Below are positions 1-11,942 of a DNA stretch of 63,743 bases, in pieces. Within the stretch, counting starts at the first letter, position 1. Every line of letters starts with the position of its first letter. The position numbers and the translations under genes were made by a program. Below the pieces are notes generated by a model. The model had not been told where the DNA came from, did no database searches, and worked only from the letters and a program-made list of their open reading frames with translations. Source of the stretch: Welwitschia mirabilis (taxonomy: Eukaryota); assembly GCA_051453625.1 (NCBI GenBank), contig JBOZIK010000001.1:6155517-6219259 (forward strand). Direction: 5' to 3'.

Positions 1-619
1 TAAAGATGAAAACAATTAGATATTTTGGAATTTGTATAGAAAAACTAAAACAATAGAACTAAAAATGAGACAACGAAGAAAACACCCACAAATTTACATG
101 GGAAAGCAATCTAATGGAGAGGGAAAGATTCGCAGGAAGCAGATACAAGGCCTATACTAGGATCTATATCACAAAGGAGAAGGCACTACAAGCATACACA
201 AAGCACCTTCAAAAGCGTATACCTCAGATCTGAACGCTAAAACAAGGTTTTTATTATTGCCCAAGAGCCCACAAGTCTAAATGTCCAACTCCTTAAGGTG
301 TTTCTAACCTCTATAAGCTAACCACTTATAACATGGGCACAATAAGAAGGGTATAAACAATTGTATGAGTGCAATTTCTTTAACAAGCCTGTCCATCATC
401 TATAGTCTCTTCATTCTGGCATATTTGGTTGTTAACAGAGTATAAACACAATCTTTCTGCTTTAAAATGTCCTTAATCTTAATGCTTCAAATATTATATT
501 CTTATTTGACAAGCCTGCCTGTTGTAGGCTTTGCATGTAGTCTGTGGTACACACGACAAATTTCCTAAAAGTTAGACAAATACTCTGCATGAAGGTTGTA
601 TTGACTCCCTGCCTTCACC

Positions 620-1200
620 TTGCTTTTTTCACTCTTCAAGCTTGGTACCCTTTGCCACACTATGCTTTGATTTGCACCAATAAAACCTAGACCCCATGCT
701 TTGACATCATTTGTTCTAAAAACATAGCAACAAAAACAATAAAACAACAGAGAACAAAACAAACAAGCAAGTGGTAAACACTAATACCACAAGACTTATG
801 TGGTTAAGGATATTTCAATCCCATCTTAATGGAATCCCAGACTTTTATATTATCAGAGAAAACAATTACACAGGCTGTCCTTGATGGCTTGCTTTTTTCA
901 TTCTTCAATCTTGGTACACTGCTACACTATGCTTTTCCTTGCACTAACAAACCCTACACCTCATGCTCTGATACCATTTGTTGTAAAAACATAGCAACAA
1001 TAACAATAAAAGAGTAGAGACCAAAACAAACTACGAAGTGGTAAAAACATTGGTTTACATGGTTTGTGATCTTTCTACTCTATGTCAATGGAACAATGCA
1101 AAGCTCTTTTTTATCTGAGAAAAGAAAGACACAGGTTGCCTTTAATAGCTGTATCAGTTATACACTTACTCAGGTGGTGACTCTCATCTTTCCTTGAACA
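620..1200 (-). mobile_element. Tandem short non-autonomous LTR (TRIM-like) units in the bystin intron
   Basis: Reverse tRNA-Met PBS gctctgatacca at 965-976 abutting tttgttg (LTR end CAACA on minus). A degenerate second unit lies about 268 bp upstream (gctttgacatcatttgtt near 698-715). Confidence 0.6.
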
Positions 1201-2733
1201 CACATATGCCATTTCTAGGCTTACATTAGGGTTAAAACCAATCTCAGGGTTAAAACCCTAAAATAATATTGACACCTTATATTTAATAACCCCATAAAGT
1301 AAATAACATATGAGACAGTTTACAGCCCACTTTCAAACATAAAAGTGAATAGAGGAATGAAATAAAGAAGAAGATTGAAAAATATTCTTACATATTATTG
1401 TTTATGCTTTTTATTCATACATCTGGAATCAAATCTTGAAAATCTAGTTCAGATACTCTGCACATTCACAAAGATGTTAGCATTTCGTTTGATAGACGCT
1501 GCACTATGAGATGCCTATTACTTAATTGTTTACAGCCTTCCCTTACTACACACTTCATATGCCAACTCATACTCTTCTTTCACACACTTGCAACATAACA
1601 ATACATATGGAAACAACACCATCCATTGCTTGTAAGTTGTGCCAACGTTGATTTCACTACCAATATTTTAACCGTTGCCTTTGGTGGATCTGTAAATGGT
1701 CTGCAATCATTTAATGCTTTGGAAGAGTAGCAAGATTAACAGCCCCCCAACAACATCGTTAAGATAAATACATTAAGCAAAACAGAAAACAAAAAAGGAG
1801 CACAATAATTTAATGTGATTTGGCATTTTGATGCATACTGCCATGAGAAAACAGAGACATCCAGTCTTTCTTTAATAGCAGAAGATCAATCATAGGACTC
1901 GAATGTCCTTAGGCAAGCACAAGATGTTTTGCTAAATAATGAGTCTTCCATGCAAGAAAATGCTTTGAAGATGCAAAATGTAGACAGTAGCTGCATGCAT
2001 CATTTTTGAGTAGAATCATATCCTTAAGGGCTGGATGCAACCTGAACCAAGAGAGATCGACACTAGTACGTGAGATATCTGACCTCTAAGCAAAATGATA
2101 CATAACACTTTTTTGCTTAACATCTTCATTGTGCATCCAACTCAATTGTCTATTCATGCTGAGACGCATTCTATCACTGATTCATGCATGCCACTGACAG
2201 CTTGTCACATGCATGTCAATACGAATCCTCCAAAAGAGAGACCAAAATGTGTGAGTTTTGTTCTATTTCTTGAACGACGACTTGACCTCTCCACATGTGA
2301 TGCCAAAGTTTTATGTTCCAAAATATAACATGGAAATGATAAAAAAAGAAAAGAGGATATGGCTTCACACTTCAACAGTAAGAATTACGCAGTGCACTAA
2401 ATGGTTTTAAAGCCATTAAATCAATCATTATCTGAGAGGCTTGTAAGTCGTAATTTGTAAACTTCTACTTTTTGTTTTTTGGCCAAAAGTTGTCTTTTGC
2501 AACTGTTATACTATCTTTCTCAAAATGTTACAATACACATATTTACTTAAATTAACAGAGACTTGAGCCTTATTTCAAACATAATTTGATTTGAGTCTAC
2601 ACAGAATTTGACAATATAACTTAGAGTATGTTTTTTTAATGCAAGTGGCTTTCAAAACGACTATTTTTCATAGTCATCTCATCCATATTTATTGACATTA
2701 TATCTGATGTTGTATTTTCTTTTCTTTGCTCAG

Positions 2734-2786
2734 CTATTTTATAAAACTTCTTCTTGATAAAAAGTATGACCTACAATATCGGGTTA
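2734..2786 (+). pseudogene. BYSL: Bystin exon, upstream copy A (cut off by assembly gap)
   Basis: Intact cAG acceptor (2731-2733). Reads [17 protein letters not shown]; three substitutions vs copy B, two non-synonymous (A>D, P>Q). Runs into the N gap at 2787, so functional status is unresolved. Confidence 0.7.
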
Positions 2787-2886
2787 NNNNNNNNNNNNNN
2801 NNNNNNNNNNNNNNNNNNNNNNNNNNNNNNNNNNNNNNNNNNNNNNNNNNNNNNNNNNNNNNNNNNNNNNNNNNNNNNNNNNNNNN

Positions 2887-3196
2887 TAGAGATGGGACAT
2901 GTGTCAAGAGAGGGATGATACCCTCTTTAGGGTTTTGGCTTGTAACCCTAATTGGTTATAACCCTTGGGCTATTTAATGGTGGTGTGAAGGTTGTTTGTG
3001 AGATAGAGAATCGATAGAGCTCTGTAAGGCGTTTTTGTCTGAAGCCTGTTCTTGGCTTGTACTCTTTAAGAAGATAATAGAGCTCTGCACTGCTTTCCTG
3101 TGGTTTTTCCCCTCATTGGGGTTTTCCACGTAAATGTGTCTGCATGTTCTCTTTCTACATTGGTTACTAGCTTTGCTGTTATGTATTTTCATAACA
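2887..3196 (+). mobile_element. 3' part of a Copia-like LTR at the left edge of duplicate copy B
   Basis: TATA-like tatttaa, ggttttccacgtaaat motif and terminal ...ataaCA at 3196, after which copy B begins. 5' end lost in the gap. Confidence 0.55.
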
Positions 3197-4751
3197 GGGG
3201 GGAAGATCTGTAGGAAGCAAGTACAAAGCCTATATTAGGTTCTAAAGCATGAAGTAAGCATGCACAAAGCACCTTCAAATGGGTATACCTCAGGTCTGAA
3301 CCCTAAGACAAGGTTTTTTTTATTGCCCAAGAGCCCACAACTTTAAATAGGCAACTCCTTAAGGTGTTTCTAACTTCTATAGCCTAACCACTTATAACAT
3401 GAGCACAACAAGAAGGGCATAAACAAGGATATGAGTGCAATTTCTTCAACAAGCCTGTCCATCCTTTGCAGACTCTTCATTCTGGCATATTTGGTTGTTA
3501 ACAGAGTATCAACACAATCTTTTCGCTTTAAAATATCATTAATCATGATGCTGCAGATGTTGTAGTCTTATTTGACAAGCCTGTCTGTTGTAGGCTTTGC
3601 CTGTAGTCCTCTGGTACATAGGACAAATTTCCTAAAAGTTAGACAGATATTCTGCATGAACGTTGTATTGACTTCCTGCCTTCACCTTGCTTCTTTCATT
3701 CTTCAAGCTTGGTACCCTTTGATACACTATGCTTTGCTTTGAACCAATAAATCCTAGACCCCGTGCTTTGACACCATGTGTTCTAAAAACGTAGCAACAA
3801 AAACAATAAAACAACAGAGAACAAAACAAACAAGCAAGCAGTAAACACTAATATCACAAGATTTATGTGGTTTAGGGTATTTCTACCGCATCTTAATGGA
3901 ATCCAAAGCTCTTATATTGTCAGAGAAAACAAATACAGAGGCTGTCCTTGATAGCTTGCTTTTTTCATTCTTTAAGCTTGGCGAACTGCTACACTATGCT
4001 TTTCCTTTGCACTAACAAACCCTACACCATACTATGAGACCATTTGTTGTAAAAACATAGCAACAATAACAATAAAAGAGCAGAGACCAAAACAAACTAG
4101 CAAGTGGTAAAAACACTGGTTTACATGGTTTGTGATATTTTTACTCTATGTCAAGGGAACAATGCAAAGCTCTTATTTTATCCGAGAAAGGAAAGACACA
4201 AGCTGCCTTTAATAGCTGTATCGGTTATACAATTACCCAGGTGGTGAATCTCATCTTTCCCTTAACACAAACATCTGATTTATAGGCTCACATTAGGGTT
4301 AAAACCAATGTCAGGGTTAAAACCCTAAAATAATATTGACACCTTATATTTAATAACCCCATAAAGTAACTTAAATAACATATGGGACAGCTTACAGCCC
4401 ACTTTCAAACATAAAAGTGAACAGAGGAATAAAATAAAGAAGGAAGATTGAAAAATATGATTTCATATTGTTGTTTATGCTTTTTATTCATACACCTGGA
4501 ATCAAATCTTGAAAATCTGGATTACATACACTGCACATTCACAAAGATGTTAGCATTTCGTTTGATAGGTGCTGCACTGTGAGATGCCTTATTTCAAACT
4601 TAGTTTGATTTGAGTCTGCACAGAATTTGACAATATAACTTGAGTATGTTTTTTTAATGCACGTGGCTTTCAAAATGACTATTTTCCATAGATATCTCAT
4701 CCATTTTTATTGACATTATATCTGATGTTGTATTTTCTTTTCTTTGCTCAA

Positions 4752-4898
4752 CTATTTTATAAAACTTCTTCTTGATAAAAAGTATGCCCTACCATATCGC
4801 GTTATTGATGCTGTTGTTGAACACTTCAAGAGATTTCTGAATGAGACACGCATAATGCCTGTGATATGGCATCAGTCACTTCTCACATTTGTCCAGAG
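4752..4898 (+). CDS. BYSL: Bystin (BYSL/ENP1) internal exon, downstream copy B
   Basis: Translates (S)[49 protein letters not shown], the conserved bystin C-terminal block. GT donor at 4899. The acceptor reads ...ctcAA (4750-4751), not AG. Upstream exons lie outside the window. Confidence 0.93.
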
Positions 4899-5092
4899 GT
4901 ACAGCTTAACTATAACTGTTTCTGGTTGTGACCATCACATGTCGCTATGTTAACCGGAAGTCATCATTTCCTATAATAAAATACCTGGAAGGCCAAAACC
5001 ATATATGAGCAGGATTCATTCATTCTGAATATAGTATTGCATGTATGCATGAAATAAATCTTACAGAAGGTTTTTGATTTTGAAATATGCAG

Positions 5093-5165
5093 GTACAAAA
5101 ATGAGTTGCTGAGGAATCAGAAGGATGACTTGAAGAACTTGGTCAAATATCAAAAGCATTACTTG
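5093..5165 (+). CDS. BYSL: Bystin exon
   Basis: AG at 5091-5092, GTAAG at 5166. In phase with the previous exon: (R)YKNELLRNQKDDLKNLVKYQKHYL. Confidence 0.92.
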
Positions 5166-5248
5166 GTAAGCAATTTCATGATGGTAATTAAAGTATAAAC
5201 TGAGTATTTAAACGAGTTGTTTACGAATGAAATGATTTTCCCATACAG

Positions 5249-5318
5249 GTTACTCCTGAAATTCTGAGAGAATTGGACAGCAGCAGGAATAGAGGCGAGA
5301 AAGAGGTTATGACTGATA
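5249..5318 (+). CDS. BYSL: Bystin penultimate exon
   Basis: AG at 5247-5248. Reads VTPEILRELDSSRNRGEKEVMTD and ends in phase 1 immediately before ATATCCTTT. Confidence 0.9.
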
Positions 5319-7660
5319 ATATCCTTTTTTTGACTATTGAAGAGTTCCTTTTTGTATTTTATGCAGTGTTTGTTTTGCCATCTTTTTTTGTACCCTGAAA
5401 ATCAAATAACCTGGTTCTATAGTGGCCGGCACACACTTCTGGAAAATCCAACCAAAAAATTACATGTTTTTTTCACTGATACTAACTGTATGCTTCGTTC
5501 AGTTCCACTACAATGGTAAATAAAAAATGCTACACTAATCAGATGCCAGTTAGATTCTCCATCCAGCTTCACAGACACTTCAAGTCAAAAATTTACCCAT
5601 TCTATTCTAAAGTTCTAATAAATAACGATCATTATAGGTCTCTGAGGCCGCATAGCTTAAACCACCTTTGGACACTCTTCTCCAACATGATTCGTCATGC
5701 ACTGTTTTCCCTTCAATCTTTTGATTCCCCTGCCAAATCATGCTTCAAAGACATGCCAAAAAACTCTGCTATCTGTATTTTCTCTCTGTGCCCTTCATAA
5801 CTAGCTGTAGCTCTGACATCACTGCTGAGCCTTGGGGTAAGGGAAAGAAATCCCCCGAGAACTGCCTCACATTATTCCAGAATGGCACTGAATTCACAGC
5901 AAAGTAAAAGATGAGGTATCATCTCCTCATCTTTTCCACATAACTGGCACTGGTTGCTATCAATTATGTTAAGTTGATATCATCTTGTTTTTGTATTTAG
6001 TTGCTGCTCATGTACTTTTATTGTTAACAACTGTAGCTGTGGTGTCAATAATCAATTAGTCCAGATGGAATGAATTCTGTCCCTTTGATATTTACATGTA
6101 GTATTACAAACTTTGCCTCATGAATATTGCTCACTCCTTAATCTGTTTTCTAAATGTTGCTAATTAACATGTGGATTGAACGATGCTCTTACATTTTCTA
6201 TGCCTCTCCAACTTGGCGATGCTTGTATAATTCATGGGGTCACCTAAGTGAATCCATGTCACCATACAAGTCTTTCATCATCATAACTTTAATTCATGGG
6301 ACCTTAAAAAAATCCACATCCCTATATCAGTATTTCTTCACCATAGCTTTAACCATGGTTTATGGGGTGTTCATAAGTTATCATCTTAACTTTCCCATTA
6401 AAGCATAATTGAACCCAAGAAGATGTTTTAAACCCCATGCCCTATTCTTCAGCTTTTACATATTGTTTCCTAATTGGTTGTATGAAGACTTTTTCTACCA
6501 TTATCAGCCCATAGAAATCTCTCTTAGTTTTTTCACTATTAGTGATTAGGTGAAACATAACATTGCATTAAATAGAAGGGTGATGCCTGCAACACACTCC
6601 TTATCAGCGGGAGCCTGTCAGCCTGTAATAACTTCATTCCTTGCCAACCTTGTAGTCTATCATTTATTTTACCTAAATCACTGTCCCATCATGTCTTATG
6701 AATTCTTCCACAATTAATTGGAATTCCTAGTTATTTCATTGGGAATTTATCTTTTTGACATGATAGAATATTTGGCATCTACTGCAATCAATCTTCATGC
6801 ATATTAAACTCATATACTTTACTGTTTTGATAATTAATCAACTAGCCTGTCGCTTCACAGAATTCTCCCAATAAATCATGAATATTATTGACATTTTGGC
6901 TTTCAACCTGAAAAAAATAAGAGAGTATCATCTGCAAATTGGACATGGGAAAAATCGTCACATCCATAAGCTGGTTTCCATCCTACAATTTCCATTTCCA
7001 TTCTTGCTTTTCTAACCCAACCATCTGGGCTTTCCATAGCCAAAACAAAAAGGAATGGTTACAATGGACCACCTTGCCTCGGCCCATTGAAACCAGAAAA
7101 GACTTTCGATCTAAAACCATTAACAAGAATTGGATATCTGCATTGAGTGAAGCAAGCCTGTAAATTAGAATGTTTTGGAAACTTTATTCTTTGTTGTACT
7201 AAACTTATGTAATTCCAGTTAATCCTATCATATGTTTTACTAATGTCTAATTTCAAAGCTGTTTGCTTTTTGTTCCAATGTATTGCTGAATGAGTTAATT
7301 CTTGCACCACCATTATCTCATCAGAGATTTGCCTCCCTTTAATAAACCCTGCTTGTTCCTTATAAACCAAGCTTGGAAATAGTGTTTTAATCCTATTAGT
7401 CAAGAATCTGGAGAGAATTTTATAAAGGGATTTTGCTTTTTTCCCTCATTGATATTATCAATTTTTTTGTGCAGATATGTGATTTGTAGATTTCACTTTT
7501 CTGTTGACCATAGTTTCAGAAGTTAATTTGTAATGTAAATTGTGAATGTAAATATTTGGTTGGATAAAACAATGAAGCTCATTTATACTGTAGTTTTCAG
7601 TACATTTTCTGTACCATAGCAATGGCTATATTTCTTTGTAGTTTTCTTTGACCTTTTTAC
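5319..7660 (+). other. U12-type AT-AC intron (2342 bp)
   Basis: 5' site ATATCCTTT at 5319-5327 matches the U12 donor consensus. Branch-like TTCTTTGAC ends about 7652; 3' AC at 7659-7660. Removal restores the bystin frame exactly. Confidence 0.88.
5450..7430 (-). mobile_element. 5'-truncated degenerate L1-type LINE inside the U12 intron
   Basis: RT motifs EQAGFIKGRQISD, LKLDISKTYDRINW, GPRQGGPL (ORF 7059-7403), SHVQFADDTLLF (about 6915-6950), zf-RVT CQLCGKDEEMIPHLLLCC (about 5895-5955). Frameshifts and stops; ends approximate. Confidence 0.9.
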
Positions 7661-7734
7661 TATCCCCAGTTTCTGTTATTAAGCCAATAGAAGAAGACCG
7701 ATGGGATGTTCCAGCAGTGCCTATGGAAGATTGA
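7661..7734 (+). CDS. BYSL: Bystin terminal coding exon
   Basis: Follows AC at 7659-7660. Joining to 5318 gives in-frame (I)SPVSVIKPIEEDRWDVPAVPMED* with TGA at 7732-7734, resembling the plant bystin C-terminus (EEDRFDIPEVPMEED-type). Confidence 0.88.
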
Positions 7735-7776
7735 GTCTTTCTTAGTGCCCCTCCAAATATTATTTTGACTATTGAC

Positions 7777-7850
7777 TATCCCTAGTTTCTGTTCTTAAGG
7801 CAATTGAAGAAGACTGATGGGCCATTCCAGCAGTGCCTATGGAAGATTGA
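7777..7850 (+). pseudogene. Tandem duplicate of the bystin terminal exon (116-bp period)
   Basis: Preceded by AC (7775-7776). Reads SLVSVLKAIEED*WAIPAVPMED* with CGA>TGA at 7815-7817, followed by the same gtcttt flank. Confidence 0.88.
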
Positions 7851-9289
7851 GTCTTTATTACTATCCATCTGACTGTTATTCTTAATTCAGTATTGGGTGT
7901 ACAATTGTTTCAAAGGATCTGTGAAATGATGTATTTCCATGTTTATTATAAACTTTCAAGAAGAGCATTTCAATGGAATGTTGAAATATTTGTCTGAATT
8001 TCTGAAGAATGTTCAGACTTCTTTTTGCAGGAGGCATGCCTTTCACTGAGTATTGTTTCTTTTTTCTATAATGTCAAAACTTGCAAGTGGAATAAATTTG
8101 GTGAACATTTCTATTTTAGTACATGCACCTGAGACTGTGCATTGGCTATTTTGTAATTCTCAGCTTAGAGCAGGATTTTTCCATTTATCTTTATTTATCA
8201 TTATCGTCTGAGGTACCTGGCTTTTGAGACGTAGGGCTGAATCATGAAGAGACATCAAATTGTATGGGGTATTGCATTCAATATATTGGAAGCTTCACAT
8301 ATTAAATAGAGGTTTCTTCACACAGATCCAAACTGCTGTTGTGCTGCCATAATTCTTGTGATTACAGTTTAGCAGCTACTTTGATTCAGTGCCTAAGCCT
8401 TCATAAGGCCTTATTAGTGGCCACTGCCTTAAGATTTTCATCTGTTTTTGACATAAGTTTGAATAATTTGGCTCAGAAAATTTGTCGAGTTTGCTTGTGT
8501 TTTTTGTCCTCTTTAGAATCAGCAAGCTGAATTCAGCTCTATATTTATTTTGGTCAAATGTATGTAATCTGTTAATCATTCAGCATAAATTAATCGTATT
8601 GGCTTCTATGATCCACAACTGAATCATTACCATTGCAGGCATTTAACAACTTATAGTGCAAGTTGGATGATGAGGTCCCTATACTTTGACGTAAACCATC
8701 ATGTTGCTTGTAAATGTTTGCATGGCTGTTTATGTGATTTTGTTCCTTGAGGACTACAATAGTTTTATTGATTCTGAGAGTTGTTCCAAAAAGCAAATGA
8801 AATAGCAAAGCATTACCGTACAAAAATACAAAGTAGACACAAATTTGGTAAGGTCTTACTCTCTTGTGGACACAAATTTAGTGCAAGGCTTTCATTTTCT
8901 TCAGCTGATTCAGATACCAAACAAAGCATGAAAGAACCATCACATGAGAACGAATCTGTGTGTTATTTTCCTTTATTAACCATTTAAAAAAAAACACCAT
9001 GCATCCAATATACTTCTTGGGGAAATTTTATCATTATCCTTATGCATCTGGATTACCACTGTTACCTGATACCAACCTAATTGATCTCTCTAATTTTTAT
9101 TTCTACCTATAAATACAAACGTAACAACTATAAATTGGTTATGCCAAAGACTATCACATAAACCCTCCAAATAAGGTGGTGTCTATGGTGATGTCACAAA
9201 CAGCAATCTCCTAAATGATACATTTTTTTTGTCCAACAATTCAGAAAGATGCAATGCTTTCCAGCATTATGTCTACAATTGTATGTGAA

Positions 9290-10250
9290 ACATTGTGTAA
9301 TTAATGTTTTACACTTAGAAAATCAATAAGATTTGTGTGTATCAATGATGCATGCATCTAGTTTCTTTCTTTTCCAATGTTTGGCTAACAAAGTGTTACT
9401 TAACATCAACGTGCCTGATCAAACTGGGATTTATTGCATGGTTAGGCAAATGAATAGTAGAGCAATAATGTGTCACCCAAATCAGTTATTTACTTCCCTT
9501 TATAAGTGCTGTATAGTTTGCTCATATAGTTAACCATCCTACAAAAACTAGGAAACAAGATAGCTAGTTGACAACATTTTAGAGATGTAACCAAAGGTGT
9601 GACTTTTTTCTATTGCTATAGAACCAATTTTAGTCAGGATGGAATGCAAAGGCAAACCAAAGATATGTGCCTTTTAAAGTTGTTACAATTCCTATTATAT
9701 AAGCTAATAACTTTGTTACGAATTACAGAATATATCAAACTTCATTGTAACTAGAGGTTGTTGGAGGTTTTCTTTTGCCTTGTGAGATAATTGTGGAAAT
9801 TTGGAAAGACATTGCTATTGAAGTGCTAATAAGAGTACAATCAATGATATTAAACCATTAAGGACATTGGCAACATATTTACATTAATCAAATTGTAGCT
9901 TTAGATGTGACTTAGGGTATGAGTTTTGTGTGGAGATGTTTTTTTCACCTCTCTTTTGAGCTAATGAATCTCATAGATCTCATTGTTGACAACAATCATG
10001 TTATCAACATCTAGCATATCATTTAGACATAATAAGCCCATCATCCTACCTATCCACAGGGATAGGCACTATGGTTTACATCATATCTAGAGTATTGACC
10101 ATTAAACTTATACCATTACCTAAGAGCTTATTACAGTATACAAGCTGATCTTAACTTGCATGCTAAATGTTAGATGCAAGTGGTTCAAACTTTTGGATAC
10201 CACACATAACACATTAGGAGATGGTAGGCATAATTAAATCATTTGTTTAG
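9290..10250 (-). mobile_element. Highly degenerate Copia RT/RNase H remnant
   Basis: Minus-strand RHVDVK*HFVSQ (KHIDVKYHFVR-like, about 9380-9420) and MLDVDNMIVV (LYVDDM-like, about 9990-10020). Confidence 0.55.
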
Positions 10251-11942
10251 GTGATCAAAGTGACTGTACTTTGAGGCGGAGGTATGACCACTAAAATTTT
10301 CAAGTTTGAAACCACCCTTCTTTCCACGTCTTAATCTTGAATATGTAACATTTTATGATAAGAAGAATCGTGATCAATGTTTATGAAATAAAGTTTCTTG
10401 CGTACGCTATCTAACCAATGTAAAACCCATAACATCTTTATTCGTTATTCCATTGTTAATTAACTACCTTATTTAAATAGGAAATTGCTTAACCACTTTT
10501 TTTGAATTAAACATTAAGAATATTCAATCCTCTTATTTCCTTTGCAAAAATTCTAATAGTTCATATTTTAAAAAGATTCAATGCTAAGTTCCTAGTTGAT
10601 ACTTCTTAACGAATATCAATGTGACATTACATAAAATAAACAATACTGTTAGATAGGACCAAAAAATAGGATAATGCTAAATAAGGTTTACATAATTGTC
10701 AAAACGTTGTGTGAAATATGAATGGCTGCCAACTCCTAGCTGTTTATAATGGTTACCTAAAACATATATAGAAACTAAAACAAAAGTGAAAAGGTTTAAA
10801 TCATTCAGCAAACTACCTAAACATGCAAGATCTTGAAGCCTTTGATTATTTTTTAACTAAAAACTCCAAATGTCACAAGGAAAGAAAAATCTCACATTGG
10901 ATTTTCTGCAAGTAGGAATTGCAAGAGGGGGGGAAACTATATATCATAGGTAGATGTTGAGAATAGAGACTGCACAAAAGAAGCCTATGAACATTACACA
11001 ACAAATCCAATTAGAGAAGTTTTTGAAAGTTGTGAGACCTTGGATAGAAGCTTGAAGAAGAATTTAGCTAACTTAAAGTATTGTGCAATCAAAGGAAGGA
11101 ATCTGAAAAGATGACTAATGACATGGTGATTGTTGTTAAATATTTTGCTTGAAACCACATAGATGCTAGAGATGCTAAGAAACAAATAGATAAAGGAAAA
11201 TGTCAATACTTCCTTTGGTTCTTACCCTTGAAGCTAGCAAACAAAATCACATGACTTGGAGGATGGAACATTTGGATTAAATCATGTTTTTTAATAGACT
11301 TGTACAAATATAATGTATACTTGAAACATGAATTATGAAAGTAAAATTCTCAAATACTAAACAATACATTGTGAGTTGTTCTAGTGTGTTAAAAATTTTA
11401 GGACTTATTCAACCAATGGAATATTTGAAGTTCTATAGCATTCTAAATTCAACTGGAGTTGAAAATTCACATGTAATGAAGAGTTTCACTTAACCCTCAG
11501 TACAAAACCTATAAATAGGATCTTTGATACTCATTTTTACTACTTGTAATGCATTATATGATCCTTGGGTTCATTCAAAAAGAGCAATGTATTGAGTTAA
11601 CTTGAAAGGGTCAATGTATTGATTTAAGCTGCAAAGACGAAGTTAAGCGACCTGTAAAACATAAATAATTGGAAAACAAGATTTATTCTACTAGCATAAC
11701 CAAAAAACAATGATGATGTAACACCGAAAGCTACAACAATTGTCTTATTAAAGTATAAATCCACATCTATACATCTAGGGTTAGGGCTTTTCGATTAGGG
11801 TCTTACCCTTATTAATTAGTAAGCTCAATTTGAAAATAGTTGAGGTTTTACATTTATTGCCATACATATGACTTTACTAACTATAGGACAGAGGACTTTA
11901 ATTTTTTAGAAAAATTATAAAATAGCTAAAAGGCATTGAACA

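Larger units (their letters stand above)
118..4804 (+). repeat. Tandem segmental duplication of bystin intron+exon: copy A 118-2786, copy B 3197-4804
   Basis: Colinear match, e.g. near-identical spurious ORFs at 565-762 and 3632-3829. Copy B lacks about 1.05 kb (A 1516-2566). Scattered substitutions throughout. Confidence 0.93.

Noticed and set aside
565-762. Near-identical 65-aa ORFs at 565-762 and 3632-3829 suggesting a conserved small protein
   Set aside because: Explained by the intronic duplication; they overlap LTR/PBS-like TE sequence and are not preserved as a clean ORF in the third copy per the ORF track.
1226-1262. ttagggtt / aaacccta telomere-like motifs
   Set aside because: Only isolated units within a repeated TE-derived segment; not a telomeric array.
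10320-11650. Possible Gypsy RNase H traces (SG*AISYLNK, INIDHDS on minus) and adjacent coding-like sequence
   Set aside because: Too degenerate to assign by eye.
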